A DNA stretch of 64,000 nt, taken from assembly GCA_020444545.1 (NCBI GenBank), contig JAHLKT010000002.1:152870-216869 (forward strand), given 5' to 3'. The position numbers and the translations under genes are program-made. Below are positions 47,814 to 58,699 of the stretch, piece after piece. Under the pieces are notes generated by a model, which saw nothing but the letters and a program-made list of their open reading frames with translations, made no database searches and was not told the DNA's origin. Origin of the DNA: Desulfarculaceae bacterium. GTDB lineage: Bacteria > Desulfobacterota > Desulfarculia > Desulfarculales > Desulfarculaceae. Every line of letters starts with the position of its first letter. The stretch's first letter is position 1.

Positions 47814-47847
47814 AGCTCCTCACCTCCTTTCCGGGTCTGGGCAAACA

Positions 47848-50800
47848 TCATTGGTTCACCGCCGCGTCTATCTGCCCCAGGATGTCCTCGTCCGGAGGGG
47901 CGTAGGCGTCGATTTGGCTGAAGACCTCTTCGTCCGTGAAATGCTTTAGGTAGATGGCCCCGGTGGGGCAGCAGGCGTTGCACAGGCCGTCGCCCTTGCA
48001 CAGCACCGGGTTGACCACGGCCTTGGGGCCGCCCTTGGTCTTGCGCATCTCGATGGCATCGTAGGAGCAGGCCTCCAGGCAGGCTCTGCAGCCCATGCAG
48101 GCGTCTTCCTTTACCTCGCACACGCTGCCCGACACGGTCACGATGTCGTTGGAGAGCATGGTGAGCGCGCGGCCGGCCGCGCCGTAGGCCTGGTTGATGG
48201 TCTCGTGGATGTACTTGGGGTAGTGGGCCGCGCCGCAGAGATACACGCCCTGAGTGGCGAACTCCACGGGGCGCAGCTTGACGTGGGCCTCCTTGAAGAA
48301 GCCGTCCTCGCCCAGGGCCGCGCCGAACAGGCCCGAGAGCTCCACGTTGTCCTCGCCGGGCACCACCGCCGCGGCCAGCATCACGTAGTCCGCGTCGATG
48401 GCGATCTCCGTGCTCAGGATGTAGTCGGGCAGGGACACCCTGAGGACCGGTTTGCCCTCGTCGGACTCGGCGGCCTCCACCTGGGGCGCCTGCTCGGGCT
48501 CGTAGCGCACGAAGCGCACTCCCAGCTCGTTGGCCTCGCGGTAGTGGTCCTCCATGTAGCCGTAGGTGCGCATGTCGCGGTAGAGGATGTATACGTCGCG
48601 CTCGGGGTTTTGCTTTTTCAGCTTGATGGCGTTTTTCACCGACTCGCCGCAGCACACGCGCGAGCAGTAGTTGCGCTCCTCGTTGCGGCAGCCCACGCAC
48701 TGGATCATCACCACGGTTTCGGCCTCGGCCAGGCCCTCGTCGCCGTTGGTGATGCGCTCCTCCAGCTCCAGGTGGGTCATCACCCGCTCGTCCTGGCCGT
48801 AGAGGTACTCGTTGGGCTCATAGACCCCGGAGCCGGTGGCCACCACGGTGACCCCGTGCTTGATCTCCACCAGGCCGCGCCAGCTCTTCACCTTGGTGAC
48901 GAAGTTGCCCACGTAGCCGGTGGCCTCGGTGATCTCGGCCCCGGTGTACACGTGCAACAGCGGGTGCTTGAAGACCTTGGCCTTTAGCTCTTCCAGATAG
49001 GCCGGCACGTCCAGGCCGTCCAGGGTGTCATGGATGCGCACCGCCAGGCCGCCCAGCTCATTGGACTTCTCCAGCAAATAGACCTCGTGCCCCTGCTCGG
49101 CGATGGACAGGGCCGCGGTCATGCCCGCGATGCCGCCGCCCACTACCAGGGCCGCCTTGTTAACCGGCAGGTCGATCTCGCTGAGCGGCTCCAATAGGCA
49201 GGCGCGGGCCACGGACATGCGGGTGATGTCCTGGGCCTTGGCGGTGGAGGCCTCTCGCTCCTTGGAGTGGCACCAGGAGCAGTGCTCCCGGATGTTGGCC
49301 ATGTCGTAGTAGTACTGGTTGAGGCCAGCCTCACGCAGGGTGTCGCGGAACAGAGGCTCCAGGGTGCGCGGGCTGCACGCGGCCACCACCACCCGGTTGA
49401 GCCCCTTCTCCTTGATCATGTCGGTGATCTCTTTGGCGCTGTTGGTGGCGCAGGAGAAAAGCTGTTCCTGGGCGTAGACCACGTTGGGCAGGGTCTTGGC
49501 GAACTCCACCGTGCCCGGCACGTCCACGATGCGGCCGATGTTGGCCCCGCAGTGGCAAACGAACACGCCGATGCGCGGCTCCTCGCCGGTCACGTCCTTC
49601 TCGGAAGGATACTCGCGCTCCTTGGTCAGCTTGTCGCGGCGGTAATCCAGAAGCTCGCCGGTCTGGCTGCCCGCCGCGCTGGCGCTGAACACCGACTCCG
49701 GAATGTCCATGGGGCCCTGGAAGGCGCCGGACACGAACACGCCGGGCGCGCCGGTGTTCATGGGGTTGAAGGGCTCGCCCTTGCAGAAGCCGTGCTGGTC
49801 CAGCTCCAGGCCGAACATCTCGGCCAGGCGCTGGTTGTCCTCCGGCGGGTTGAGCCCCACCGAGAGCACCACCATGTCGAACTCCTCCTCCTTGACCCCC
49901 TCGTCCGGGGTGGAGTAGCGGATGATGACGTTGTGGTTCTCCGGGTTCTCGCCCACGATGTTCACATAAGAGCGGATGAAGCGGGTGTCGGCCAGAGCGG
50001 CCGTGTTCTGGTAGTAGCGCTCGAAGTCCTTGCCGTAGGCGCGCACGTCGTTGTGGAACACGGTGCACTTGGCGTCGGCGTGGTGGTCCTTGGTCAGAAT
50101 CACCTGCTTCTGGGTGTAGGTGCAGCACACGCTGGAGCAGTAGGAGTTGTCGCCTTCGGTGAGGCGGCGCGAGCCGATGCACTGCAACCAGGCCACGTTT
50201 TGGGGGTGCTTCTTGTCGCTGGCCCGGAGGATCTCGCCCTCGTAGGGCCCGGTGGCGCACAAGAGGCGCTCGTAGTCCATGCTGGTGACCACGTTGGGGA
50301 TGCGGCCGTAGCCGTACTCCTCCTTCACCGCCGGGTCATAGACCTCGTAGCCCGGGGACAGCACCACCGCGCCCACCCTGATCTGAAGCTTCTCGGGCTT
50401 CTGGTGGAAATCGATGGCGTTTGCCTGGCAGACGTTCTCGCAGATGCGGCATTTCTTCTCTTTAAGGTAGATGCAGCTCTCGTCGATGTAGGCGATCAGG
50501 GGGATCGCCTGCGCGAAGTAGATGTGCACCGCCTTGTTGTCGGAAATGCCCTGGTTGAACTTGTCCGGGTACTCCACCGGACAATATTCCACGCAGGAGG
50601 TGCAGCCGGTGCAGGCGTCCTCGATAACGTATCGGGGCTTCTTGACCAGGCTCACCGTGAAATCGCCCACCCCTCCTTCCACCTTTTCGATATCGGTGTA
50701 GGAGAGGACCTCTATATTTGGATGCCGGCCGACCTCGACCAGTTTAGGCGAGAGTATTCACATGGAGCAGTCATTGGTGGGATATGTCTTGTCCAACTGC

Positions 50801-50973
50801 GACATATGCCCGCCAATGGCTGGGTTTTTCTCCACTAGGTATACTCGGTAGCCCGCCGTGGCCAGGTCCAGGGAGGCTTGGATACCGCTGATCCCGCCAC
50901 CCACGACCATCACGTCTCCGAATTCGCCGCCGGGCTGTTTAACAGCCTCTTGCGGCAACTGCTCTTCCGACAT
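47848..50973 (-). CDS. bamE: BamE-like HdrA-family flavo-iron-sulfur selenoprotein (Sec at 50758-50760)
   Basis: Track ORFs 50758..50973 and 47848..50682 are in the same frame and are joined by one UGA: ...[40 protein letters not shown]... This is the conserved HdrA Cys/Sec position. The FAD motif [16 protein letters not shown] and several ferredoxin-type Cys clusters are present. The joined protein is 1041 aa. Confidence 0.88.
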
Positions 50974-51098
50974 GGGCTCGTGTTCCCCTTTCCATATCCC
51001 CGGCGCTTCGCCCCGGGGCTTTATCGGCCGATTTGGCCGCTTATGCTCTTTCTGTCCGCCCGGGGCGGTTTCCCCCCCCCACCCCCGCGCGCGGCCCC

Positions 51099-52250
51099 CT
51101 AGAGGGCCTCGGCCACGATCTCGGTGATGTCCTTGATCTGGATGGCCTCATCGGCCTCCAGGGTAAGGATGCTGTCCTGGAAGTTGGAGATGCAGTAAGG
51201 GCAGGCCGTGGCCAGCACCTCGGCCTCCTGGTCCATGGCCTGCTGGAGGCGCAGGTCGCTGAAGCGCTCGCCCTTGGGGGTCTCCATCCAGATGCGGCCC
51301 CCGCCGCCGCCGCAGCACAGGCTGGCCTTGTGGTGGTCGGGCAGCTCCTTGAGGCTAAGGCCCGGCACCGCGCTCAGCACGCCGCGGGGCTCGTCGTACA
51401 CCCCATTGTGGCGGCCCAGGTAGCAGGGATCGTGGTAGGCCACCGTCTTGGCGAACTCGTTCTTCAACTCCAGGCGGCCCTCGGCAATCAGCTCGGCCAG
51501 GAGCTGGCTCACGTGGACCACCTCGAAGTTCACCGCGAAATCGGGGTACTCGTTTTTGAAGGTGTGATAGCAGTGGGGCGAGGAGACCAGGATCTTCTTC
51601 ACCCCGGCGTCGATGAAGTTCTTGATGTTTTCCTTGGCCAGGCGCTTGAACAGCTCCTCGTCGCCGGTTTTACGGATGCTCTCGCCGCAGCAGTTTTCCT
51701 GGGGCCCCAGGATGCCGAACTCCACCCCGGCGGCCTTGAGCACCTTGGCCGTGGCCTGGGCCACTTTCTTAAGGCGCGGGTCGTAGCTGAGGTAGCAGCC
51801 CGGGAAGTAGAGGTACTCCATCTCCTCGCTGAAGGTGCCGACCCCCTGGCCTTGGGCCCAGGCGGAGCGGTCCTTGCGCGACTCGTTGAGCGGGTTGCCC
51901 TCGCCGATGAGGCTGGCGCTGATGGCCCGGATGGGCTTGACCGAGGTGGGGAAGACGCCGTACTCGGTGGCCAGGCGCCTGAGGGCCACGCCGGACTCGA
52001 TCTGCTTCACGTCGCGGGGGCACTGCTGGGGGCAGCGGCCGCAGGTGGTGCAGAGCCAGATATCCTCGCTCTCGATCTCGGTCATGCCGAAGGTGGCCTG
52101 GCGCACGATCTTGCGCATGGAAAAATCGCGCACCCGGTTCCAGGGGCACACCGCGTCGCACAGGCCGCATTGGAAGCAGCGCTTGAACAGGTCGCCGCCG
52201 CTATCGCGTATTACCTCTACAATTTCTTTGTAGTCGGCTACATTCTCCAC
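51099..52250 (-). CDS. bamD: BamD-like HdrD-type iron-sulfur protein (2x[4Fe-4S] + two CCG domains)
   Basis: 383-aa ORF with a GTG start. Ferredoxin motifs: [12 protein letters not shown] and [15 protein letters not shown] motifs: ENCCGES and LCCGGGGG. Confidence 0.85.
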   Translation of the reverse strand: MENVADYKEIVEVIRDSGGDLFKRCFQCGLCDAVCPWNRVRDFSMRKIVRQATFGMTEIESEDIWLCTTCGRCPQQCPRDVKQIESGVALRRLATEYGVFPTSVKPIRAISASLIGEGNPLNESRKDRSAWAQGQGVGTFSEEMEYLYFPGCYLSYDPRLKKVAQATAKVLKAAGVEFGILGPQENCCGESIRKTGDEELFKRLAKENIKNFIDAGVKKILVSSPHCYHTFKNEYPDFAVNFEVVHVSQLLAELIAEGRLELKNEFAKTVAYHDPCYLGRHNGVYDEPRGVLSAVPGLSLKELPDHHKASLCCGGGGGRIWMETPKGERFSDLRLQQAMDQEAEVLATACPYCISNFQDSILTLEADEAIQIKDITEIVAEAL

Positions 52251-52288
52251 TGTCCGTGCCAGTCCTTCCGCCGGGTGCTAAGGGCGCC

Positions 52289-52831
52289 CTAGGCTTTTTT
52301 CGATTGGGACATCCGGGCAACGGCGTCTTGCAGCTTGTCCAGGCCGAACTTGTCGGCCAAAGACATGAGCCCGGTCTCCATGTCCTCCAGGGGAGCCTCT
52401 TCCTCCTCGTCCACCTCTATCTCGCGCTCTTCGTAGGTGAGCACGTCGTTGAGGCACCACTTGACGCACTGAGGCTCGTCGGCGCCCTCGCACATATCGC
52501 ACTTGAGCGGCAGCCCCGAGTCAGGGTCCTTGAACAGGTCGCGGGAGGGACAGGTGGCCCGGCAGAAGGCGCACTCGTCGTATTCCTTGCCGTCGATGGT
52601 GTATTTCTCGCGGCCCATGCACTCGGCCGGGGTGTACTCCCCGGCGAACACCGGCAGCCAGATGTCCTTGATGCGGTCGGTAAGGATCTGGATGCGGCTC
52701 TTGGCCGGGTTGATGCTGCTGTATCTGGGCTCGGCGTGGTAGGCGGAGCAGATAATCTCGCAGCCGCGGCAACCGTTGCAGCGGTCGGCGTCGACCTTGA
52801 TCGTCTTGATGGTCTTTTTAATTTTCGCCAT
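52289..52831 (-). CDS. bamC: BamC-like poly-[4Fe-4S] ferredoxin subunit
   Basis: About 180 aa. Cys clusters CNGCRGCEIIC, CAFCRATCP and CDMCEG...CVKWC are typical of the small electron-transfer subunit partnered with AOR-family enzymes. The start is either ATG at 52831 or TTG at 52837, and the gene overlaps the bamB 3' end. Confidence 0.85.
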   Translation of the reverse strand: MAKIKKTIKTIKVDADRCNGCRGCEIICSAYHAEPRYSSINPAKSRIQILTDRIKDIWLPVFAGEYTPAECMGREKYTIDGKEYDECAFCRATCPSRDLFKDPDSGLPLKCDMCEGADEPQCVKWCLNDVLTYEEREIEVDEEEEAPLEDMETGLMSLADKFGLDKLQDAVARMSQSKKA

Positions 52832-54791
52832 CTTCAAGCAAGCCTCTCTTGATCAGTTCGTCGGCCACGTAGTCCAGGTCCAGCTCATGCAGCCGTTCCT
52901 TGGTGGGAACGCCGTTGTCGTTCCAGCCCTTGAACTTGTAGTAGGTGCTGAGCAGCTCTTCTTCCAGCTCGGGGAAGCGGCGCTTCCAGTGATCCTCGGG
53001 CGGGTACTCGTCCTTGCGGGACATGCCGCGCAGGTTATTGAAGGCCCGGTGCAGGTTGCGGCTGCGGTTGACGATCTTCTGCAGGCTCTTCTCGTCCAGC
53101 TCCAGGCCGGTGAGCGCGGTGATCAGCTTGGGGTAGTTGTGGATGTGGTAGGGAGGCTTCAGGCAGAACGAGCCCATGCCCGCGCAGATGCACAAGGCAT
53201 CGTCGATGTTGTGCAGCATCTCCATCCAGTCCACGATCTGGGAGGCGATCTCCGGGGTGGGGTAGTAGGGGATCGCCTTCTCGCCGCGGACCTCCCACTC
53301 CAAGAGCCACTCCTTCCAGTTATCGTCGGGCAGCTGAGGCCAGTCTTCCACGAAGCGCTCGCGCTGCTCCTTCTTGGGGAAGGCGGCCTGGGGCCAGTTG
53401 CCCTCGATCTGGGTGATGCTGATCTTCTCGTTGGTGGCGTACATCAGGAAATAGAGCGGGTCGAGCATGCCCAGCTTGATGGGCAGCTGCTCGTGCTTCT
53501 TGATGTTGTTGTGGGCCAGCTTCTCGGCCTCGGGGCCCAGGGCCTTGCCCGCCCAGTAGGTGCCGTTGGCCAGCAGGTCGCCCACCTTGCCCTTGCGGTG
53601 CACCATGTGGTCCAGCAGCCAGAAGAAGCGGCCCTCCTTGTCCTCGGGGCAACCCTCGAAGTCCTCGTCGGTGAGGATGCCCGCCTCCTTGAGCTCCACC
53701 GCGTAGGCCAGGATCTGAGGGGTGGAGAAGCCGTCTACCCCGTACTCGCTGGCCTTCTGGGCGATCTGGAAGCCGAAGTCCAGGTTGTCCACGTAGGCGG
53801 CCATGGCGTAGGTGAGCTTGGAGAAGCACTTCATCATGTAGCGGGGCACGTTGGGATAGTCGATGAGCGCGCCGCAGTGCTGGGGGCAGTTGTAGCAGGA
53901 GATGAGCCGGGCGATGGAGTCGGTCTGGGTCTTGGACCAGCTCTCGTCGATCTCGTCGGTCCAGAAGTCCTTGCGCCGCTCGCGGGCGTTGCCCCAGGCG
54001 AAGTTCTCGGTGTGCCACTTCTCGTCGGTGTGCACCATTTCCGCCGGGGAGCCGATGCCCGAGAGGATGGTCATCACGTCGGGGATGGGGTTGTTGTTGC
54101 GGTAGTTGATGTACTCGGTGATCTCGTCCATGATCTCCATGAACTTGGCGCCGTCGTGGATGTGCACGTCCTTGGTGCCCCGCACCGCCACGGCCTTGAT
54201 CTTCTTGTCGCCCATGACCGCGCCGCCGCCCAGGCGGCTGGAGCTGGAGCGCGACTGCTCGATGGAGGCCACGAAGACCTTGTTTTCGCCTGCCGGCCCG
54301 ATGGCCGCCACCTGGGCCCGGGGCTCGTCCAGCTCCTCGCGGATCAGGTCCTGGGTCTCCAGGGCGCCCTTGCCCACCAGGTGGGTGGCGTCGCGGAGCT
54401 CAACCTTGTCGTTGTTGATCCAGACGTAGACCCAGTCCGGCGATTTGTTGCTGAAGACCACCTTGTCGTAGCCCGCGTGCTTCAGCTCGGCCGACCAGAA
54501 GCCGCCCATCATGGGATAGGCCAGAAGCTCCGACTGGGGCGAAACGAAGCTGATCACGGTCCGGTTGGCGCTGAAGGCCGGGGTGGCGTTCAGCAGGCCG
54601 GAGCTGAAGATCAGCAGGTTTTCGGGGTCAAAAGGCTTGGTCTCCGGCGGCACCCGGTCCCAGTGAATCTTGACGCTGGTGCCCAGGCCGCCAAGGTGCG
54701 TCTCCAACACTTTGGGATCGGTCTCCACCCGCTCGATATTGCCGGTGGCCAGATCGATCTCCAGGTTATAACCAGTCTCTCCGTACCTCAT
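52818..54791 (-). CDS. bamB: BamB-like tungsten-pterin AOR-family enzyme (class II benzoyl-CoA reductase active-site subunit type)
   Basis: Start chosen at ATG 54789-54791, behind AAAGAGGT. The sequence begins MRYGETGYNLEIDLATGNIERVETDP...GGLG and includes SCYNCPQHCGA, NNIKKHEQLP, ITQIEGNWPQA, KPPYHIHNYPK and YYKFKGWNDNGVPT. It follows my recollection of Geobacter metallireducens BamB much more closely than generic aldehyde:ferredoxin oxidoreductases. Confidence 0.88.
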   Translation of the reverse strand: MRYGETGYNLEIDLATGNIERVETDPKVLETHLGGLGTSVKIHWDRVPPETKPFDPENLLIFSSGLLNATPAFSANRTVISFVSPQSELLAYPMMGGFWSAELKHAGYDKVVFSNKSPDWVYVWINNDKVELRDATHLVGKGALETQDLIREELDEPRAQVAAIGPAGENKVFVASIEQSRSSSSRLGGGAVMGDKKIKAVAVRGTKDVHIHDGAKFMEIMDEITEYINYRNNNPIPDVMTILSGIGSPAEMVHTDEKWHTENFAWGNARERRKDFWTDEIDESWSKTQTDSIARLISCYNCPQHCGALIDYPNVPRYMMKCFSKLTYAMAAYVDNLDFGFQIAQKASEYGVDGFSTPQILAYAVELKEAGILTDEDFEGCPEDKEGRFFWLLDHMVHRKGKVGDLLANGTYWAGKALGPEAEKLAHNNIKKHEQLPIKLGMLDPLYFLMYATNEKISITQIEGNWPQAAFPKKEQRERFVEDWPQLPDDNWKEWLLEWEVRGEKAIPYYPTPEIASQIVDWMEMLHNIDDALCICAGMGSFCLKPPYHIHNYPKLITALTGLELDEKSLQKIVNRSRNLHRAFNNLRGMSRKDEYPPEDHWKRRFPELEEELLSTYYKFKGWNDNGVPTKERLHELDLDYVADELIKRGLLEDGEN

Positions 54792-55283
54792 TCTTACCTC
54801 TTTCGAAAGCAAAGAAACGGCGGGGATGGCTATGGAGCGATCCTCAAGTCCCTGCTTTGCATGCAGTCTTTTTAGACAGCCTACCGCCCCACATCTTAAG
54901 GGGCGGGTGAATGGTAGTTATAATATGGCTACAATGTAACTGAGTGTCAACCATAAAAACCACGGCAAGGCTTTATGTTAAAAATTCGGCCAGATGAGCG
55001 AAATTAGGGACAAAATCGTAGTTGAGGTTCGAGAGGGCACCTGTAAACCCCCTGTGATTGGTGGGGGCATGGCCCGGCGAAATTTGACCAGCTAGGGCAT
55101 AGGCTTTAGTATGAGCCCTAGGGGAGGGCTCGGGCGCGCCGCCGTGGCTGCTACGAAAAATATCCATAAAAGACATTAATATTCGCCCCTTACCCCCCAT
55201 GGTCCCCGCCAGGCCCTGGGACGCGTCCGCCGGAGTAATGACATGCCCGATTTGCACACCGCCTGCCGGGAGCCCGTGACCCC

Positions 55284-58200
55284 ATGAGCCTGGAGCCCAA
55301 CCAGCGCCGCGCCCTTTGCGGCATCTGCCCGGCCGGGTGCTGGATAATCGCCACCTACGATGGGGACGGCCGCCTGGCCAAGGTGGAGCCCGACCCGGCC
55401 TCGCCCCTGGGCATCACCTGCCGCCTGGGCGACCACTCGCCCGAGATCCTGTATTCCCCCGAGCGCCTGAAGACTCCCCTGCGCCGCAAGGGCCCCAAGG
55501 GCACCTACGATTTCGAGCCCATTTCCTGGGACGAGGCCTTCACGGCGATTGCCGAGCGCCTGCAAGGCATCAAGGCCGAGCACGGTCCCGAGGCCACCTG
55601 CGTGTACACCGGGCGCGGCTCCTTCGAGCTGGCCATGTGCGACCTGTACCAGCCCAAGGGCGTGGCGGTCTCCTCGGCCTCCTCGCTTTTGTTCCCCTTC
55701 GGATCGCCCAACACCATGGGCGTGGGCGCCTTGTGCTATGTGTCCTACGCCATGATCGCGCCCCATGTGACCCTGGGGAGTATGCACATCACCATGTTCA
55801 GCGACCTGGAGAACGCGGAGTTGATCGTGGTGTGGGGGGCCAACCCGGCCACGGACAGCCCGCCCATGGACTATCGCCGCATCGCCCAAGCGGTGGAGCG
55901 CGGGGCGCGCCTTGTGGTCATCGACCCCCGCCGCACCCTCACCGCCAAAATGCCGGGCGCGCGCTGGGTGCCCATCCGGCCGGGCACCGACGGAGCCCTG
56001 GCGCTGGGCATGTGCGCGGTGCTCATTTCCGAGGAACTCTACGACGAGGAGCTGACCCGCGACTGGACCCACGGCTTCGATCAGTTCGCTGCTTACGCCC
56101 AGCACTTTAGGCCCGAGGTGGTGGAGAACATCACCGGGGTGCCCGCTGACACGGTGAAGGAGCTGGCTCGGGAGATCGCCGGGGCGGCCGGGGCCGCGCC
56201 GGTGATGTACACCGGCCTGGAGTATTCCGACTCCGGGGTGCAGGCCATCCGGGCCACCCTGGCCCTGTGGGCCCTGGCCGGCCAGCTCGACGTGCCCGGC
56301 GGGCGCTGCTTTGCCATGCGGGAGAACAACTATCCCATCAACCGGGAACACCTGGTGGCCAACCCGGCCCCGGAAAAGGCCCTGGGCCGCGAGAGCTTCC
56401 CGCTCTACACCCTGTACCGCGAGGAGTCCCACGCCAACTGCCTGCCCCGCGCGGTGTTGGAGGGCGAGCCCTATCCCATCAAGGCCCTGATCAGTTTGGG
56501 CGCGTCGCTGTGCACCTCCTGGCCGAGGGCCTCGGTGTGGAAGGACACCCTGGCCGCCCTGGATTTCCTGGTGTGCGTCGACATCTTCCACAACGCTGAC
56601 ACCGCCTACGCGGACCTGGTCTTGCCCGCGGCCACCTGGTACGAGATCGAGTCCTACATGACCTACGGCCCCACCTTCCGCTTGCGCGAGCAAGTGGTGC
56701 CCCCGGTGGGCGAGGCCAAAAACGCCTTTTTCATCTTCAGCGAGATCGCCAAGCGCCTGGGCTACGGCCATCTTTACCCCCAGAACGAGCAGGAGGTGCT
56801 GGAGCGTGCCCTGGAGGGCGGGCCCTTCAGTTTGGACCAGGTGCGCGCCGCCGGGGGGCAAGTGAGTCTGCCCGGGGCCATGATGCAGTACAAGAAGTGG
56901 CAAAAGGGCCTGCTGCGCCCAGACGGCAAGCCCGGCTTCGACACCCCCACCGGCAAGATCGAGCTGTTCTCCACCATCCTGGCCGAGCACGGCTATGCCG
57001 GGCTGCCCGAGTACACCGAGCCCTCGGAGAGCCCGGTGTCGCGCCCCGACCTGGCCGAGGACTACCCCCTGGTGTTCAACTCCGGGGCGCGGGTGAGCAC
57101 TGACTTCCGCTCCCAATTCCACCACATCCCCGGCTTGGTAAAACGCCGCCCCGAGCCCACCGTGACCCTCAACACCCACGACGCCGAGGCGCGGGGCATC
57201 GTCAACGGCGACTGGGTGCGCCTTTCCTCGCCGCGCGGCGCGGTGCGTTTGCGGGCGCATGTGACCGAGGACATCGTGCCCGGCGCGGTGGACGCCAACA
57301 TGGGCGGGGGAGGGCCGCTAGGCCCCCAGGCCTGGCAGGACTGCAACATCAACGACCTCACCGAGCTGAAGTACGACCCCATCAGCGGCTTCCCCATTTA
57401 CAAGGCGCTCTTGTGCGAGGTGGCCAAAGAGCAGGGCGCGGGCGAGGCCGTGGCGGTGGACTCCGGCGAAGGCGCGGCGGCCCAGGTGCGGCCTGCGCCG
57501 CGCGCTGCCCAGGCGGGGCCGCGCATCTACCTGGACCACAACGCCACCACGCCCCTGGACCCGGGGGTGGCTTCGGCCATGAGCGAATTTTTGGCGGCCG
57601 AGTTCGGCAACCCTTCGGCCATCTACCGCGAGGGGCGCGCGGCGGCCACGGCCCTGGCCGAGGCGCGGCGCAAGCTGGCCTCCCTGCTGGGGACCACCGC
57701 CCGCCGCCTGACTTTCACCTCCGGGGGCAGCGAGGCCAACAACCAGGTGATCAAGGGCGTGGCCCTAGACCCGGCCAACCGGGACCAGCGCTTCATCACC
57801 TCCAGCGTGGAGCACCCCTCGGTGCTGAGGGTCTTCTCGTGGCTGGCCGATCTGGGCTGGGACGTGGTGATTCTGCCCGTGGACCGCGAGGGTCTGGTGC
57901 GGCCGGATGACCTGGTCGAAGCCATGGAGAAGCCCACCGCCCTGGTGAGCATCATGCTGGCCAACAACGAGACCGGCGGCTTGCAGCCCATCGCGGAGCT
58001 GGCCGCCCTGGCCCATGGGGCCGGGGCCTTGTTCCACACGGACGCGGTGCAGGCGGTGGGCAAGATTCCGCTGAACGTGGGTGAGCTGGGCGTGGACTTC
58101 CTGAGCCTGTCCGGCCACAAGCTGCACGGGCCCAAGGGAGTGGGCGCGCTCTACGCGCGGCAGGGATTGGAGCTGGCCCCCCTGGTGCATGGCGGCGGCC

Positions 58201-58679
58201 AGGAGGGCGGCCGGAGGGCGGGCACCGAGAACACCGCATCCGTCGTGGGCCTGGGCGCGGCGGCCGAGCTGGCCGCGCGCAGCCTGGGCAAAATGGGCGG
58301 CCAGGTGGCCGCGCTGCGCGACCGGCTGTGGTCGGGCATCCGGGAGCTGGTGCCGGACGCGCGGCTCAATGGCCCGCGAGAGGGACGTTTGCCCAACACC
58401 CTGAGCGTGTCCCTGCCCGGCATCCGGGGCGAGTCCTTGGTGCTGGCCCTGGATCAGAAGGGCGTGGCCTTGTCTTCGGGCTCGGCCTGCCGGGCGGGCA
58501 GCCCGGAGCCCTCGCACGCGCTGTTGGCCATGGGCCTGAGCGACGAGGAGGCGCACTGCGCCTTGCGTTTTTCCCTGGGCCGCGAGAACACGGCCGATGA
58601 GATCGAGCGAACCTTGCAACTAATGCGGCAGGTGATCGCCGAGAGCGAGAACCTGGTGCGCTTCGTGCCCTGCCGGTAA
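55284..58679 (+). CDS. Molybdopterin-oxidoreductase :: cysteine-desulfurase fusion (metallopterin-dependent ergothioneine synthase-like)
   Basis: 1131-aa ORF. Residues 1 to about 715 form a bis-MGD-type oxidoreductase: N-terminal cluster CGICPAGC...C, Molybdopterin and Molydop_binding regions (VTLNTHDAEARGIVNGDWVRLSSPRGAV). An Ala/Gly/Pro linker follows. Residues from about 745 to the end form a class-V aminotransferase / NifS-IscS domain: IYLDHNATTP, TSGGSEANN, PLP lysine SGHKLHGPKG, catalytic Cys SSGSAC. Confidence 0.85.
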   Translation: MSLEPNQRRALCGICPAGCWIIATYDGDGRLAKVEPDPASPLGITCRLGDHSPEILYSPERLKTPLRRKGPKGTYDFEPISWDEAFTAIAERLQGIKAEHGPEATCVYTGRGSFELAMCDLYQPKGVAVSSASSLLFPFGSPNTMGVGALCYVSYAMIAPHVTLGSMHITMFSDLENAELIVVWGANPATDSPPMDYRRIAQAVERGARLVVIDPRRTLTAKMPGARWVPIRPGTDGALALGMCAVLISEELYDEELTRDWTHGFDQFAAYAQHFRPEVVENITGVPADTVKELAREIAGAAGAAPVMYTGLEYSDSGVQAIRATLALWALAGQLDVPGGRCFAMRENNYPINREHLVANPAPEKALGRESFPLYTLYREESHANCLPRAVLEGEPYPIKALISLGASLCTSWPRASVWKDTLAALDFLVCVDIFHNADTAYADLVLPAATWYEIESYMTYGPTFRLREQVVPPVGEAKNAFFIFSEIAKRLGYGHLYPQNEQEVLERALEGGPFSLDQVRAAGGQVSLPGAMMQYKKWQKGLLRPDGKPGFDTPTGKIELFSTILAEHGYAGLPEYTEPSESPVSRPDLAEDYPLVFNSGARVSTDFRSQFHHIPGLVKRRPEPTVTLNTHDAEARGIVNGDWVRLSSPRGAVRLRAHVTEDIVPGAVDANMGGGGPLGPQAWQDCNINDLTELKYDPISGFPIYKALLCEVAKEQGAGEAVAVDSGEGAAAQVRPAPRAAQAGPRIYLDHNATTPLDPGVASAMSEFLAAEFGNPSAIYREGRAAATALAEARRKLASLLGTTARRLTFTSGGSEANNQVIKGVALDPANRDQRFITSSVEHPSVLRVFSWLADLGWDVVILPVDREGLVRPDDLVEAMEKPTALVSIMLANNETGGLQPIAELAALAHGAGALFHTDAVQAVGKIPLNVGELGVDFLSLSGHKLHGPKGVGALYARQGLELAPLVHGGGQEGGRRAGTENTASVVGLGAAAELAARSLGKMGGQVAALRDRLWSGIRELVPDARLNGPREGRLPNTLSVSLPGIRGESLVLALDQKGVALSSGSACRAGSPEPSHALLAMGLSDEEAHCALRFSLGRENTADEIERTLQLMRQVIAESENLVRFVPCR

Positions 58680-58699
58680 GGCAGCGGGGAGCGGCGGAT

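Noticed and set aside
54973-55257. 94-aa minus-strand ORF in the bamB / MES-like divergent intergenic region.
   Set aside because: It has no RBS and no recognisable motifs, and its composition is atypical of coding sequence here. The region more plausibly holds the two divergent promoters.
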